Shown in pieces: positions 1-11,015 of a stretch of DNA of 64,000 nucleotides. The notes under the pieces were generated by a model that was not told where the DNA came from, did not search any database, and worked only from the letters and a program-made list of their open reading frames with translations. The position numbers and the translations under genes are program-made. Source of the stretch: Carpediemonas membranifera BICM (Eukaryota > Protista > Fornicata); the NCBI GenBank assembly GCA_019828565.1, contig JAHDYR010000014.1:62001-126000 (forward strand), written 5' to 3'. The stretch's first letter is position 1. Each line of letters begins with the position of its first letter.

Positions 1-1014
1 AGCAATGAGCTGCCGATCAGCAGTGGTGAGAATGATTAGATCATTCTTGTTCAAAACCTGATCTGGGAAAAATCTATGAGGCACGTTGACTGGATAAAAT
101 GAATCTGTATCTAATACATCCTTTGAGAACCAATCAACGCCATGGCCCGCGATTACCACCCCGGCGGGGGTGAACATTAATGTCCGGCCCCATCCAACTA
201 CCAGGCAAGACACCAGACAGTGCTTCTGCCATGACGGCAGCCGCGACTCGTACGCCGCTACCTCTGGGCATTGGGGGAAGGTGACACGTGTGGGCAAGGT
301 GATGTCTCCTCCCATTTCTTGAGGGAATCCGAGTTGGTGGCGTCGGTTCGATCCCCAGCCGAATAAACCCTTGGGAGTCACCCCAATAAAAGAGTTTTCA
401 GAGGAATAGACGCGTAATACCCTTGGCGAGTGGGGAATGACCCAGCCCGCTGTGCGCTGGGGTCTGTTGATCAGAAGATGACCAGCGTACAAGCAGTAGG
501 AGTCGTTGGTGAAGTCAAAGCACTCGCACACACCGTCCTTCTCAGAAACACGGTAGGAGAAGAGGAATTTCTTGCAGAGAAGCCACCCAGGGCATTCTGC
601 GAGGTTGAGCGAGTTGAAACCATGAAGGAGGGTGGCCCACAGCGTGCCCTGGAGCAGGGTGTGCAGGGCGACCGGGAGCTCCTCGCCCTCTGCAAGCTCG
701 ACGTTCATAGACAGCGGGGGGCCGTCTGTGAGGATGGACTGAGCGCGGTCGAGGAGGACTTGTGCTTTTGGTGCGAGAGGGGGAATTGCAGTGAGCATTA
801 CGGAAAGCGTTTCGAGTGTAGCGCTGCTTTCTGGCGCTCTATGTATCTCCTGATCGCGGACCGAGGGCATAACTTGGTTGAAGTGCCGCGAGTAGGCGTG
901 GCGAAGGAGAGAAGGAACGTCGCCAGGGATTTCGGCCGTCAAAACAACAGAAACATGGTAAACGGAGATTATTGCATCCTTCACATCATCTGGGGTGCTC
1001 TCAGCTGCATCCAT
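1..1014 (-). CDS. RCC1-like repeat family protein, paralog of 11016..12647; 3' end runs off the window (absent from ORF track)
   Basis: Manual translation from ATG at 1014 is open to position 1: MDAAESTPDDVKDAII...GDVPSLLRHAY...WLLCKKFLFSY...TPKGLFGWGSNRRHQLGF...CPEVAAYESRLPSWQK...FTPAGVVIAG...DRQLIA. It is colinear with the 11016 protein; GWGSNxxxQLG resembles an RCC1 repeat. Confidence 0.8.
   Translation of the reverse strand, partial: MDAAESTPDDVKDAIISVYHVSVVLTAEIPGDVPSLLRHAYSRHFNQVMPSVRDQEIHRAPESSATLETLSVMLTAIPPLAPKAQVLLDRAQSILTDGPPLSMNVELAEGEELPVALHTLLQGTLWATLLHGFNSLNLAECPGWLLCKKFLFSYRVSEKDGVCECFDFTNDSYCLYAGHLLINRPQRTAGWVIPHSPRVLRVYSSENSFIGVTPKGLFGWGSNRRHQLGFPQEMGGDITLPTRVTFPQCPEVAAYESRLPSWQKHCLVSCLVVGWGRTLMFTPAGVVIAGHGVDWFSKDVLDTDSFYPVNVPHRFFPDQVLNKNDLIILTTADRQLIA
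635..926 (-). repeat. 292-bp near-identical inverted copy of 11104..11395
   Basis: Direct sequence comparison; only one mismatch seen near the edge (GCCCACAGCG vs GCCCATAGCG). Confidence 0.93.
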
Positions 1015-1509
1015 TCCACTGACCCCGACACGAGTGATGAGCTGACACTCGACTCACAGTCAGTCATCGTGCGGGCATGGCACTGACAGGTCGACCAGAA
1101 TGCTGATCATGCACGTGAACCGACTAACAAGTCTTAAAATTCCGCATTTTTGACTTGGCAGGGTAGGCGAAGGTTATGAAGGTCATGCTCAGCTGATTCG
1201 GCAAAAGCTCAGCGAGATGCCGCCATGGTATCGCAAGAAGACGCTGTTGTGGATGTGATGGCAGCATCCAGGTCATGCCCCATTCCAGGAAGCGAGGCAA
1301 TGCAATGATGGGGAAATGTGATTAATAGAGACGAAAAAATCGGTGTATGCCCTCAGCCTGCTGATTGCTTCGGGTTAAGACTGATTCTGTCATGCGCTTG
1401 CCGATTTGGTGTTCGATTTGGTGCGATCTTAAAGAAATCTACAGAACTTTTTTTCGTGCAAGACAAGAACCTCGTTCTAGTTTGTCCTTTCACGCCGCAA
1501 CTCACACAT

Positions 1510-2472
1510 ATGCCTCTCGTTCCTCTCAAGCAGATCCTCGACAACGCCATCGCCGGCGGCTACGGTGTCCCCGCTCTTAACGTCAACAACATGGAGGCCA
1601 TCCAGGCCATCTCTGCTGCTGCCAAGAAGGTCAAGTCCCCTCTTATCGTCCAGGCTTCCCGCGGTGCCCTCAAGTACACCAACCTCATCTACCTCAAGCA
1701 CCTCATGATGGCTGCCTCCGAGGAGAACCCCGAGATCCCTATGGCCCTTCACCTCGACCACGGCGACAACATCGAGTCCGTTAAGACCGCCATCGACCTC
1801 GGCTTCACCTCTGTCATGATCGACGCCTCCCACCACTCCTACGAGGAGAACGTCCGCATCACCAAGGAGGTCGTCGACTACGCTCACCAGTTCGGCGTCA
1901 CCGTCGAGGCTGAGCTCGGCACTCTCGGCGGCATCGAGGAGGATATCACCGGCGAGGTCCAGCTCACCGACCCCGACCAGGCCGAGGATTTCGTCAAGAC
2001 TACCGGCGTCGACTGCCTCGCCGTCGCCATCGGCACCTCCCACGGCGCCTACAAGTTCAAGTCCGAGCCCAAGCTCGCCATCGACCTTGTCAAGACCATC
2101 TCTGACCGCGTCCACATCCCCCTCGTCATGCACGGCTCCTCCTCCGTCCCCGTCGAGCTCCGCGAGCAGATCAACAAGTACGGCGGCGCCATGCCAGACG
2201 CCTGCGGTGTCCCGATCTCTGCCATCCAGGCCGCTGTCAAGAACGGTGTCGCCAAGATCAACGTCGACACTGACCTCCGCATGGCCATGACAGGTGCCAT
2301 CCGCAAGGTCTTCGTCGAGCAGCCCGATAAGTTCGACCCCCGCGACTACTGCCGCCCCGGCCGTGAGGCCATCCAGGCCCAGGCCGAGGTCAAGATGACC
2401 GCGTTCGGCTCTGCTGGCCACGCCGGCGACTACACCCCCGCCACTCTCGAGGAGTACAAGGCCAAGTACTAA
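1510..2472 (+). CDS. fba: Class II fructose-1,6-bisphosphate aldolase (Giardia/bacterial type B)
   Basis: Motifs ALHLDHG, TSVMIDAS, VEAELG, AIGTSHGAYKF, LVMHGSS, KINVDTD; strong codon bias; likely start MPLVPLKQ at 1510. Confidence 0.96.
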   Translation: MPLVPLKQILDNAIAGGYGVPALNVNNMEAIQAISAAAKKVKSPLIVQASRGALKYTNLIYLKHLMMAASEENPEIPMALHLDHGDNIESVKTAIDLGFTSVMIDASHHSYEENVRITKEVVDYAHQFGVTVEAELGTLGGIEEDITGEVQLTDPDQAEDFVKTTGVDCLAVAIGTSHGAYKFKSEPKLAIDLVKTISDRVHIPLVMHGSSSVPVELREQINKYGGAMPDACGVPISAIQAAVKNGVAKINVDTDLRMAMTGAIRKVFVEQPDKFDPRDYCRPGREAIQAQAEVKMTAFGSAGHAGDYTPATLEEYKAKY

Positions 2473-2544
2473 ATATGTTATTTAAGCCGATTGATTGCAT
2501 TATTTTATGAAGCCAGACTCTGCGACAACGACATTTTCTCCCGC

Positions 2545-4242
2545 TCACAAGAACCCGTCGTCGGAAACGTCACTGAGGTCATCGTCATCGTCGTCCCACG
2601 GAGCCTTATGGCCCACGGCAGTGGATGGGGCACTGCCGAACCTCGACCTTGATGGCAGGATAACATCGTCACCCCCAGCAGGCCCGATGGCAAGACCACC
2701 GCCGACAACAAAGGAGGACTTCGAACCCGAAGCAAAGGAGCCAGTACCGACTGCGGCCAGGCTCTTGCTGAGCCGGGTGGGTGTGACCTGCTGCCGCTCC
2801 TTTGGCACAGTGCGGCCAGTTTCCCCCACGATTGGAGTGATGGGGTCCGGGATGATCCCAGGTCTCGAGGCCGGCTGAGGCTGCTCGGCTGGCTTAGAAG
2901 CCACCTTTCTACCGGTACTCGGCGAACTCTTTGACTTTGACGCCGACTTTGGCGATTTGACTCTTTCTTTTTTGCCGGAACTTCTGGGACTCTTGACTGG
3001 GGTCAGAGTCGTGCTTGCCGGAGTCGGTGGAGTCACACTCATTGTTGCCTCAGACATGGCGGCGGACAGCTCTTTCCGGACTTCATGAGTGAGGTCCGGT
3101 GTCGCTTCACCAATCACTGGTTCGGGACTGGCGCTGCGGCTGGCGTTGAGGTCCTGCATACTCATTCTCTGGGCGATATCCTCGAGCGTGGGGCGGGTAT
3201 CGGGCTCAGAGGGTAGGTGGGTCTGATTTTGGGCGATCGATTGAGGTTCCGCGGCCACATCTGATACTCTTGCCGGACTAGCCTCAGACTCTGGTGACTC
3301 GACAAAATGTGCCGGAGTAGGAGTGCTCTCCTCGTGCTGCTCGATCTTTCCAGCGACCGCAGACTCTGACAGGGGCTGTTTGAATGTTTCAAATCTCATT
3401 GGGGCCGCGTTTGTCCTCTGAGTCACCGGCATCGTCTTCCCGACCCCAATTGTGACTCCGACTTGAGGCCCAACCCGCACAGTCGCGTTTGACCCAGCTA
3501 TTGACCCAGATTCAGCAACCTCAGGGGATATATGTCTGACGACCCCGACCGCCACCTCATCACGTGGGGCGCTCCGTTCAAACTCAGCCAGAGTCGGCCT
3601 GTCTCTACTTTCAGGGGCAGCACTCCGACTGGGCGATTGGACCTGCTTCAAGCCACTGCTCGCGGTGTTCGGCAGGGACGAGGACCAAGCGGCCTTTGTC
3701 GCGCGAGACTGTCCCACGGCCACAACCTTTGGTTCAGTGACTACGGCGGACGGCTGCACGGTGCCAGACTCTGTAACCGAGTCATCTTCGAATGGAATGA
3801 GCTCGGGTGTTTCAACCGTGCTGGGCTCCTCTCCCTTGTCAGAGACGGATCCGTCAGTGGCCGTGAAGACAAGGTCATCAGATTCGGCTGTTTCATCCTC
3901 GAGAGCGGCACTGTCGCGGATCGTTGTGAGGCGGTGAGTGTGTTGCTGCCTCAGAAGCTTGCGTTTCGTGGTGAGGAAGGTGAGCTGCATGCGGCGCTCC
4001 TGGAGATCCTTCTCTCGGGCCTCCTCGTCAGCATAATTTCGTCTATCTGTCCTAAGGGACTTCTCCTCAGTCCTTGCTCTTAGCTCTAAATGCTCCAACA
4101 ATTGTCTGTCGAGCTCAGGCTTCATTGCGCGGATTTTGCCAAAGAATTCCATCTCAGCCTCCTTGTACTGTGTTTCAAGCTCCACTCTACGCTGTTGGTA
4201 TGTTCTAATGCGCTTGAAGTAGCTGTCTAGCCTCCTATCCAT
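2545..4242 (-). CDS. Hypothetical protein, N-terminal coiled coil plus S/P-rich disordered region
   Basis: 565-aa ORF with ATG start; no recognised domain. Confidence 0.75.
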   Translation of the reverse strand: MDRRLDSYFKRIRTYQQRRVELETQYKEAEMEFFGKIRAMKPELDRQLLEHLELRARTEEKSLRTDRRNYADEEAREKDLQERRMQLTFLTTKRKLLRQQHTHRLTTIRDSAALEDETAESDDLVFTATDGSVSDKGEEPSTVETPELIPFEDDSVTESGTVQPSAVVTEPKVVAVGQSRATKAAWSSSLPNTASSGLKQVQSPSRSAAPESRDRPTLAEFERSAPRDEVAVGVVRHISPEVAESGSIAGSNATVRVGPQVGVTIGVGKTMPVTQRTNAAPMRFETFKQPLSESAVAGKIEQHEESTPTPAHFVESPESEASPARVSDVAAEPQSIAQNQTHLPSEPDTRPTLEDIAQRMSMQDLNASRSASPEPVIGEATPDLTHEVRKELSAAMSEATMSVTPPTPASTTLTPVKSPRSSGKKERVKSPKSASKSKSSPSTGRKVASKPAEQPQPASRPGIIPDPITPIVGETGRTVPKERQQVTPTRLSKSLAAVGTGSFASGSKSSFVVGGGLAIGPAGGDDVILPSRSRFGSAPSTAVGHKAPWDDDDDDLSDVSDDGFL

Positions 4243-4400
4243 CGAAATTCTCCAAATTCGAAGGGCAAAAGTGCACCGACGTACAACCGGCGAGTGTGTG
4301 TTTTATGTCCATATACAACTATGCCGGCGAAGCATAAGACAACGCCACTACCTTATCCGCTTCCATACGACACATTTTACAACAACCAATACTGTGCAAC

Positions 4401-5240
4401 TTACCTGATCTTAAATGGCAAGCAGGCGTCATAAACGCCCGTCCCGCAATACACAGACCCGCACACCGCCGCCTGGGGCACAACGTACGCCACGTGGCCC
4501 GGGTAGAACTGGTTCCTCAGCAGCACGAGCTGCTCGGCCTCGTCGTACTCGATCTTCCAGGTGTACTTGGGGGTGGTCTCAGCCAGGGTCGGGGTGACCC
4601 ACATGCTTGCCGGGACGGGGTTTACACCGTCAACCTTGCTCAGGCACTCGATCACTGCTGTCTTGAGCGCGTATTTCGCGGGCTTGGTGACGTCCTCGAT
4701 CTTGACTCCGGAAAAGGCCGGGTTGACCGTGATCCCCTCGGATGTGCGGTAGTAGAACCCGATGGGGGCGATATCAGTGTCCTGGGAGATGCGATCGACC
4801 ATCATCTTCAGCCGGTGAAGCTCGGTGGCGACGGGCTCGGGCTTGGGCTTCGTCTTGGCCTCCTGCTCGCCCTCCTCTTCGTCGTGCTCGGCCTCATCCT
4901 TGGGAGGGTTGAGGAGCAGAGAGCTGTCACCGGTGAATGGCTTCTGGCAATCGATGTGGTAGCCGTGGTTGTTCATGGCCTCGACGAGCTTGGGAGAAAG
5001 CGGGGGAAGCTGCGCCCACTCGGCACCAGTGAACGAGTAGAACACAAGGGGTTGCTCCTTGATGTCTTCAGTCAGAAAGCCGCGGCAGATGTAGTAATCA
5101 TGAAGATCGCCCTGGATTATGCCCCAAAATGTTGCATGCTTGAGTTTGTAATCGCGCCTGAGAACAGGAAGCGTTAGTTTCATCGCAGCATTCACCTCAG
5201 CGGGAACGCCGACAAGGGAGGTGGCAAATTTGTCGTTCAT
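4401..5240 (-). CDS. RSPH9: Radial spoke head protein 9
   Basis: FWGIIQGDLHDYYI, ELHRLKMMVDRI...IAPIG, LRNQFYPG, GSVYCGTG motifs match RSPH9; 279 aa. Confidence 0.82.
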   Translation of the reverse strand: MNDKFATSLVGVPAEVNAAMKLTLPVLRRDYKLKHATFWGIIQGDLHDYYICRGFLTEDIKEQPLVFYSFTGAEWAQLPPLSPKLVEAMNNHGYHIDCQKPFTGDSSLLLNPPKDEAEHDEEEGEQEAKTKPKPEPVATELHRLKMMVDRISQDTDIAPIGFYYRTSEGITVNPAFSGVKIEDVTKPAKYALKTAVIECLSKVDGVNPVPASMWVTPTLAETTPKYTWKIEYDEAEQLVLLRNQFYPGHVAYVVPQAAVCGSVYCGTGVYDACLPFKIR

Positions 5241-5520
5241 CTTGTGATGGTCTTTTCTGACAATTCAATTTGTCTTTGCTCGAAGCATGGGCCACCGTGG
5301 AGGTAGAGCGCTATAAGACGTGTAGTCCCGCATTGTGGAAGCACGACCAGATATATCCCACTGGCTTTCATTCAACAGTCAACCGCAAGCCACGTACACT
5401 GGTGTGAATGACGCCGTCGAGGGCGGACACAAGCAGAGCAGCTCCATCGTATAGTCTCATGTCAGAGAACATCCAATTTTATCCACCACCCGCCATGCTG
5501 TTTCAAGACTCGACTCCAAT

Positions 5521-6909
5521 TCAGTCGCTCAGAATCTCCATAGTTTCATCGACGATGGACTCAAAATCATCCGTATACTGGGTCAAACCACTGATATTCG
5601 ACCGTCTACTCTGCTGTGTTGACGGCGTCGAGTAGGCCTCAGATCTCGCGCTTTCACTGCCGGAAATCACACCAACCTCAGACACGACCGTAGATCTGCC
5701 GGACCCGGCGGACCCAGAGCTCGATGAAGAAGTGGCAGTCGACCCGGCAGTTGTTGGGACTAGGGACGTCGCTGAGGAATGGGCAATGGGCGAGGGCGGG
5801 GTTCTGGAGACCGAGCGGCGCTGGGGGGAGACGGGGATGGGAGCCCGCTCGGGCATGGGGCGCTGGCTGTTGGCGGTAACTGTTGATTTGAGTATCTCAA
5901 GCTGGCTTCTGAGTGAATCTCTCTCCAACTCCATTTTGTAACGATCCTTCTCGACCTCGGCCAGCTTCTGCCTTGCGGTGTCCAGCTGTGAATTCAGGGA
6001 CTCTGTCAGCGTCATCGCGGCCCGGCGCACTCTATCATCGTAGTCAACTTCCATCCGGCGACGATCATCGTCAATATCCATTCCCTTGCGCTTGATGCTC
6101 TGTTCCAGCACTCTAAGGCGTTCCAGGTCCTTTTCCACGGCACTCTCACGCTGCGCGAGGCTCTGTTTGAGTCCTTCAAAGTCTTGCTGCGCCTCCCGTC
6201 GTTCCCTGTCGAGCCGATCCCTCAGCTTCCGGTTGTCCGCCTCCAGGTCCTCGAGCTTGAAGTTAAAGTCCCTCCTAAGTTGCTCCAGCTCTCTTCTATG
6301 CAGATCCCTCATATTGTTCCGCTCAGTCCTTGCACCATCTTCTTTCGCAGCTTGGACGTCGGCTTCTTTCCGACGCTCAAACTCGGCGTAGAGCTTATCG
6401 CGCACTTCCCGCTCAATTTCTGCCCTGTCTAGTGCTCTATTCGGATAGCTAGCAGGGGACCCGAGCTCTAGTTGTCTCAGCGTCTCTTGCAGAGAGGGGG
6501 CGGCATCTGTCTGCACTCCATCGTGTACCCGACCAGAGGAGCGCGCCTGGTAGTCTGAGATGATCTGGAGGAGCACAGGCCTGTCTCGGGTGATCCCGGG
6601 GAGAGAGTGGCGCATTAGGCTCACGATGTCGGCTCTGTCCGCGGTGACGTGGGCCTCAGAGTTAAATACAGAGGCCGTGGAGGGGCAGTACTCGTCTAAG
6701 TAGTCTTGGATACACTTATTGGTAAGGGATTGCTCCTCTGAAAGCTCCGTAGTGTCTTTGCTGTCTGAACGGAGGGCAGATTCAAGGACCATGGCGCGCA
6801 GCTGAGTCTACATAAGATTTCGGAGATGTTGACAAACTTTCAGCTTATCAGCTATGTGCCAGTCCGCTAGGCGGTCTTTCCACGCCTGCTGGAACTCCTC
6901 AGCGTTCAT
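5521..6909 (-). CDS. OFD1: OFD1-like LisH/coiled-coil centriolar protein; join(6838..6909, 5521..6807)
   Basis: Removing a 30-nt GT-AG intron (6808..6837) gives DKLK|TQLRAMVLE, matching the OFD1 'LKTQLR' motif; followed by LisH-like IQDYL...TASVFNSEA and a long coiled coil. Confidence 0.68.
6808..6837 (-). other. 30-nt spliceosomal intron
   Basis: GTTTGTCAACATCTCCGAAATCTTATGTAG; contains the in-frame stop and its removal restores a conserved motif. Confidence 0.8.
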
Positions 6910-7078
6910 CTCGTAGGATTTTGGCATAAGATGCACTGGCAAAAATTGTCTAGTTCGCGAACTTCTGGCCATCATAGGCGAGCTACACAGTTGCTGAGCC
7001 AACTTTTGTAGCCGATGACCCTGTTTTCTCTGCAAAATTCTCAATGTGCAGTTTATGCGCTACGTTTATACGAAGGAA

Positions 7079-8281
7079 ATGAGGTCAGCTCTGTTCAGCA
7101 TCAGCGAAATTGAGACTGATTCGTACAGAAAGATAGAGATTATTGCGCTAGAGTCCGAATCGTCCGTTCAGGATATGCCTACAGAGACACTTCACCTTGC
7201 CTCGGACGAGCGCGTCCTTCTGATCTCTGCAGACGACAAATACGGAACTGTCGTAACAAACACATCTATTTACACGGTCATGCTTTCCAACGACCGTATA
7301 TTCACAAATTTCATCCCTCTCAATGCCAAGGAGACCCCCATTGGCATCTACCAGTGCGAGACGTACTTCGCCCTTCATATGAGCGACGCCACCGTGTTTA
7401 TCTATACGCTAGGGTCTGATACACCCACCAGGCTGCCCACTGGCGCTCCTCCTGCCGCCCTCCTTGCCGCCTCGAAAGATGCTCTAATTCTGTGTGTGCC
7501 TTCGCCGACCGGGACGCGTGTCCGCCTGTTCTCTCCCACCACCGGCAAGGATGTCCTCATCAACGGCGCTCCGTTTAAAGGCATTGTCCCCCTGAACGGG
7601 GTTTGCCGTATGAGCGTCTCCCCCGACGGCAAGCTAGTCTCCCTGCTCGACCGGACTGATCAGCTTTTCGTGCTGTCTACCGAGGACCCTGGTGACGTGA
7701 GACTCCTTGCTGACGGCGTCACCGCCCACAGCTGGCTCAGCGAGCTCCCGGCACTTGTTTACATCGCTAAGGGTGAGCTCCGTTTCTGCGTTTGTCCCCA
7801 GGCAGCCTTAGTGGACGGGGATCTTGTGAAGAGCGCTACAATGCAACTAGCATGCCCCTTCGCAGTCAGCAAGACAACCACTATCGAATACGCCACTCCA
7901 ACCGAAGCACTGATCGTAACGCCCCCAGGTAACGGTACAGCCCCCGCCATGGCCCAGGTACCCACCCCCTTCTTCGCCCAGCCTCTGCATCGAGCCTTGG
8001 GCCGCAGTACCCGCGGCAATCTCGGGCCGGCACTCACTGCTTGCTACTCTCTTATCAGACACATGAGCGCTGATTCAGCGGCGAATTCATCATCAGAAGT
8101 GCCTCAGGATGCACTATGGGCGGCCATTGCGACGCATGCGATGTTCCAGGGAGACCGGAGTGCGGCGATGAGGGCGTACGGCGAGCTCGGTTGGTATAGT
8201 CGGGTGAAGTTCATTCAGAGTCTGCAGGGCATGGAACACGGCGAGTTGAATGCGGCGCTGAGGGAGTTTAGGGCATACTAG
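7079..8281 (+). CDS. IFT80-like protein (second beta-propeller plus helical region only)
   Basis: C-terminal LWAAIATHAM...AAMRAYGELGWYSRVKFIQSL resembles IFT80 MWACLAAMA...AEIAYAAIGEIDKVQYI; N-terminal DERVLLISADDKYGTVVT resembles DRVIKASLNYAHLVVST. Confidence 0.62.
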   Translation: MRSALFSISEIETDSYRKIEIIALESESSVQDMPTETLHLASDERVLLISADDKYGTVVTNTSIYTVMLSNDRIFTNFIPLNAKETPIGIYQCETYFALHMSDATVFIYTLGSDTPTRLPTGAPPAALLAASKDALILCVPSPTGTRVRLFSPTTGKDVLINGAPFKGIVPLNGVCRMSVSPDGKLVSLLDRTDQLFVLSTEDPGDVRLLADGVTAHSWLSELPALVYIAKGELRFCVCPQAALVDGDLVKSATMQLACPFAVSKTTTIEYATPTEALIVTPPGNGTAPAMAQVPTPFFAQPLHRALGRSTRGNLGPALTACYSLIRHMSADSAANSSSEVPQDALWAAIATHAMFQGDRSAAMRAYGELGWYSRVKFIQSLQGMEHGELNAALREFRAY

Positions 8282-8473
8282 GTGTGTAAATTACTGCATC
8301 AGCTATTCTCGGGCGGGCCAACAGGGCCGGGAATTGGTTGAGAGAGTATGGGTGTTGTGCATGCACCTAAGCACTCGCAGTGTGCTTGCTACTACCAAGC
8401 GACGACCGTTGCGGCTGGTGCTCTGGGGCAAACCTGCACATCGCTCAAGTGGGAAAGGTTGCGTTTTGAGAGC

Positions 8474-10067
8474 ATGCCACAAGCATATCGTCTCCATCGG
8501 CTCGTTTGGAAGCGCAATTTGGTTGGAATAGCGAACCATTTAGTGCATTACCCAGAGTCCATTGACGAGAAAGACCTGCACGGCAACACCCCGCTTCATC
8601 TCGCCGTTAAGCTTGCTTATCCCGAGGTTGTGAGCTTTCTATGCGTCAAAGGCGCCAATACTCGCATCCCCAACTCCTATGGTTGGACACCAGCACACGA
8701 AGCGTTTTCTCAGCCCTACGATGGTTTGTCCCCCCGCGCCGACTCACACAGAGATCGCCCAGGCGCTCGTACCCTTCCACACGATGCAAAAGTCGCCCAC
8801 CCAGCACAACGACATTGCTGGAATCTTCAACATCATCGAACGGCTTCCAGACTTCGAACTCAAGCTACAGTGGAAGTTTGAGACACTCCTGCAGCCACTC
8901 AGCAACGTATTCCTTCCCCACGACGAGTACCGCATCACTAAGAAAGGCACGCGGGTTCGAATCGACAGTTCTTTGATCGGATTCCGCTACCTCATCCCAT
9001 TGAGAGGGAAGATGACTCATATCATGTCTAGGGCAGCAGACGGTACTCCTCAGCTGACCATTGTTGACCATGACCAGCGTGTGTACCTCAAGTCTCGTCT
9101 GACTGAGGCTGGCGAGTGGGTTGAAGCCGAGGAAGACGACAACGACTCGTCCGAGGACAACTTTTTTGACCTCGAGGCTCAGACGCCGGTGCAGAATATG
9201 TCACAACAGCCCAAGGAGGAGGTCACGTTTGTGACAATCGCCCGTGATGCCCGCAAGAAGGTTGCCCGCGGAGCCATTCAACTCGAACTCGATGCCTCGG
9301 AGCTCGAGTTCAAGGAGCTCGGCTCACAGCACTACAGCGGCTGGCGGGCACGGCTCTTCGTTCGCCCCATCCCTCAGCTGGCCCTCGGGCTAAGTGAGAA
9401 TCCCTCGGCATTCATGGGTACGGGGATGAAACTCCGACTGCGACTCAAGGGCGGCAGGTTCTTTGGGGGAAACAAGGAACGCATCCCAAATCCTTCACCT
9501 CCCCTTAACCTGCACAGTCCATGGACTGTCGCGGGGGTCGAAGCAGGTTTGGTCAGGGAGATGAGGTCGGCCAGACCGAGCGCCACGTGGTACGAGACCA
9601 CCGATCTCAAGACTGCTGTCGAGTTCATCAGCTACACGGAGTATTTCCACACGAGACCGGGCAAGGGCGCCCGGCAGAGGTTTGGGGATATTGAGGGAAG
9701 TGCACTTTTACCCGTGTTCAACGAGCGTGAGTTTGTCAGAGCAGTGCCGATGGACCTGTGGATGGTCAGCAGCGCCGCTGTTCCATTCACAGTAGCGGAT
9801 ATGATCGCATTGATCAAGGCATTTGAACCCTCATCGCCACCACTCAAGAAGCTCAGAGAGGTTCTCGAGATGTCTCTCCCAGAAGGATTCCCTGTGCATA
9901 TCCGCGTTCCTGTGTTCGTTGGAATGTCTGCGCTTATGACTATCTCCCATATCAAGGAAAGATCGGATATATCGGATGAGTTGTTCTCCGTTCCTGCGGG
10001 ATACGATCGAGCCGGGGAGGGTGAGCTCGACGAGGTCGGGAAGTTCGAGTTTGGAGTTGCAGAGTAG
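8474..10067 (+). CDS. ANKRD13: Ankyrin repeat domain protein 13 family; join(8474..8723, 8752..10067)
   Basis: LHRLVW, DLHGNTPLHLAV, GWTPAHEA ankyrin repeats; downstream LPDFELKLQWKF, RVRIDSSLIGF, LPEGFPVHIRVPVF, DELFSVPAGY. A 28-nt intron joins the two ORFs in frame. Confidence 0.85.
8724..8751 (+). other. 28-nt spliceosomal intron
   Basis: GTTTGTCCCCCCGCGCCGACTCACACAG; removal gives YD|EIAQAL and fuses ORFs 8348 and 8679. Confidence 0.82.
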
Positions 10068-11015
10068 GCGTTTTCCAGTTTTAAATGTTTCATCCGTTCA
10101 TATTGTCATTTGTGGGACTCGCGAGTTGAAGTGCAGTTTTGCAACATTTTTTCACAAAAAAGTTTGCGTAAAAAAAAGACAGAGTATCGTTGCGCCGAGA
10201 ACTGAGCGTCTTGCTCGTTTTCATGCTTCGGTGCTTGCTAATGCTTCAACCTTCAGCTCCTACATGAGCTGTGTGGCGGGGCACTTAGCAAAACGCACGT
10301 GAACTCCACGGCTGCGAATGCCTTAACGCATCGGGGCTACTCAGACACACGGTATACCTCTATCTTTCAAACAACATCAATCTGACGTCAGAAGCCTGTG
10401 CCAGGACGCGAAAGCGCTCGGGAAGGTCTGAGTTCGACAGTTAGCTGCGAGAGGCAGCCAGCACGAAAGCGCTGCTGCAGGCACTAGAAACATCCACCGC
10501 TTGTCCGTTTGTAGATGAAGCCCTCGAGGCTGATACTTAGGGCTTGCGGCGCTGGAAGCCTGTAGAAGTATCTATCAGTCAAATGCATGGGGCTGCTGGG
10601 GTTTTCTCAGTAGGAACACAATTCAGACTACTCTCTGACGTCATTTATAAGCAACATCATTCACTCGAATAAAGCTCACTTGCAACCTCCATCACGTCAC
10701 CCTGTTGCAACCAGCACTTAGTGATGCAAGTCAACCCTCACGAACTCGCTCCCCTCTTCCACTCTGCGCTGCTAGCACTTCACCTTACTACCTGGACACT
10801 ATTAATACAAGGCGGTGTTGTCTGCTCAGTTTTTCGAGGACCTCACCTGGAAAGACCGCTGGCCGGATGAGCGCGAGCCAACCTCGCCATCTTAACACTA
10901 TATGCACGTGATCATTCACCCCATCGTTGAGATTGAGGTCAAACGGTCGAAGATTGAGTCGAATATCCCGATCTGGAGCTCGCACCACAGTCCAGCATAC
11001 AACGAGCCTAACGCA

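Noticed and set aside
430-1086. 218-aa plus-strand ORF
   Set aside because: Antisense shadow of the real minus-strand gene 1..1014.
1477-2421. 314-aa minus-strand ORF
   Set aside because: Antisense shadow of the codon-biased aldolase.
10068-11015. ncRNA or tRNA in the ~950-bp spacer (T/A hairpin near 10141)
   Set aside because: No tRNA cloverleaf or recognisable RNA family seen.
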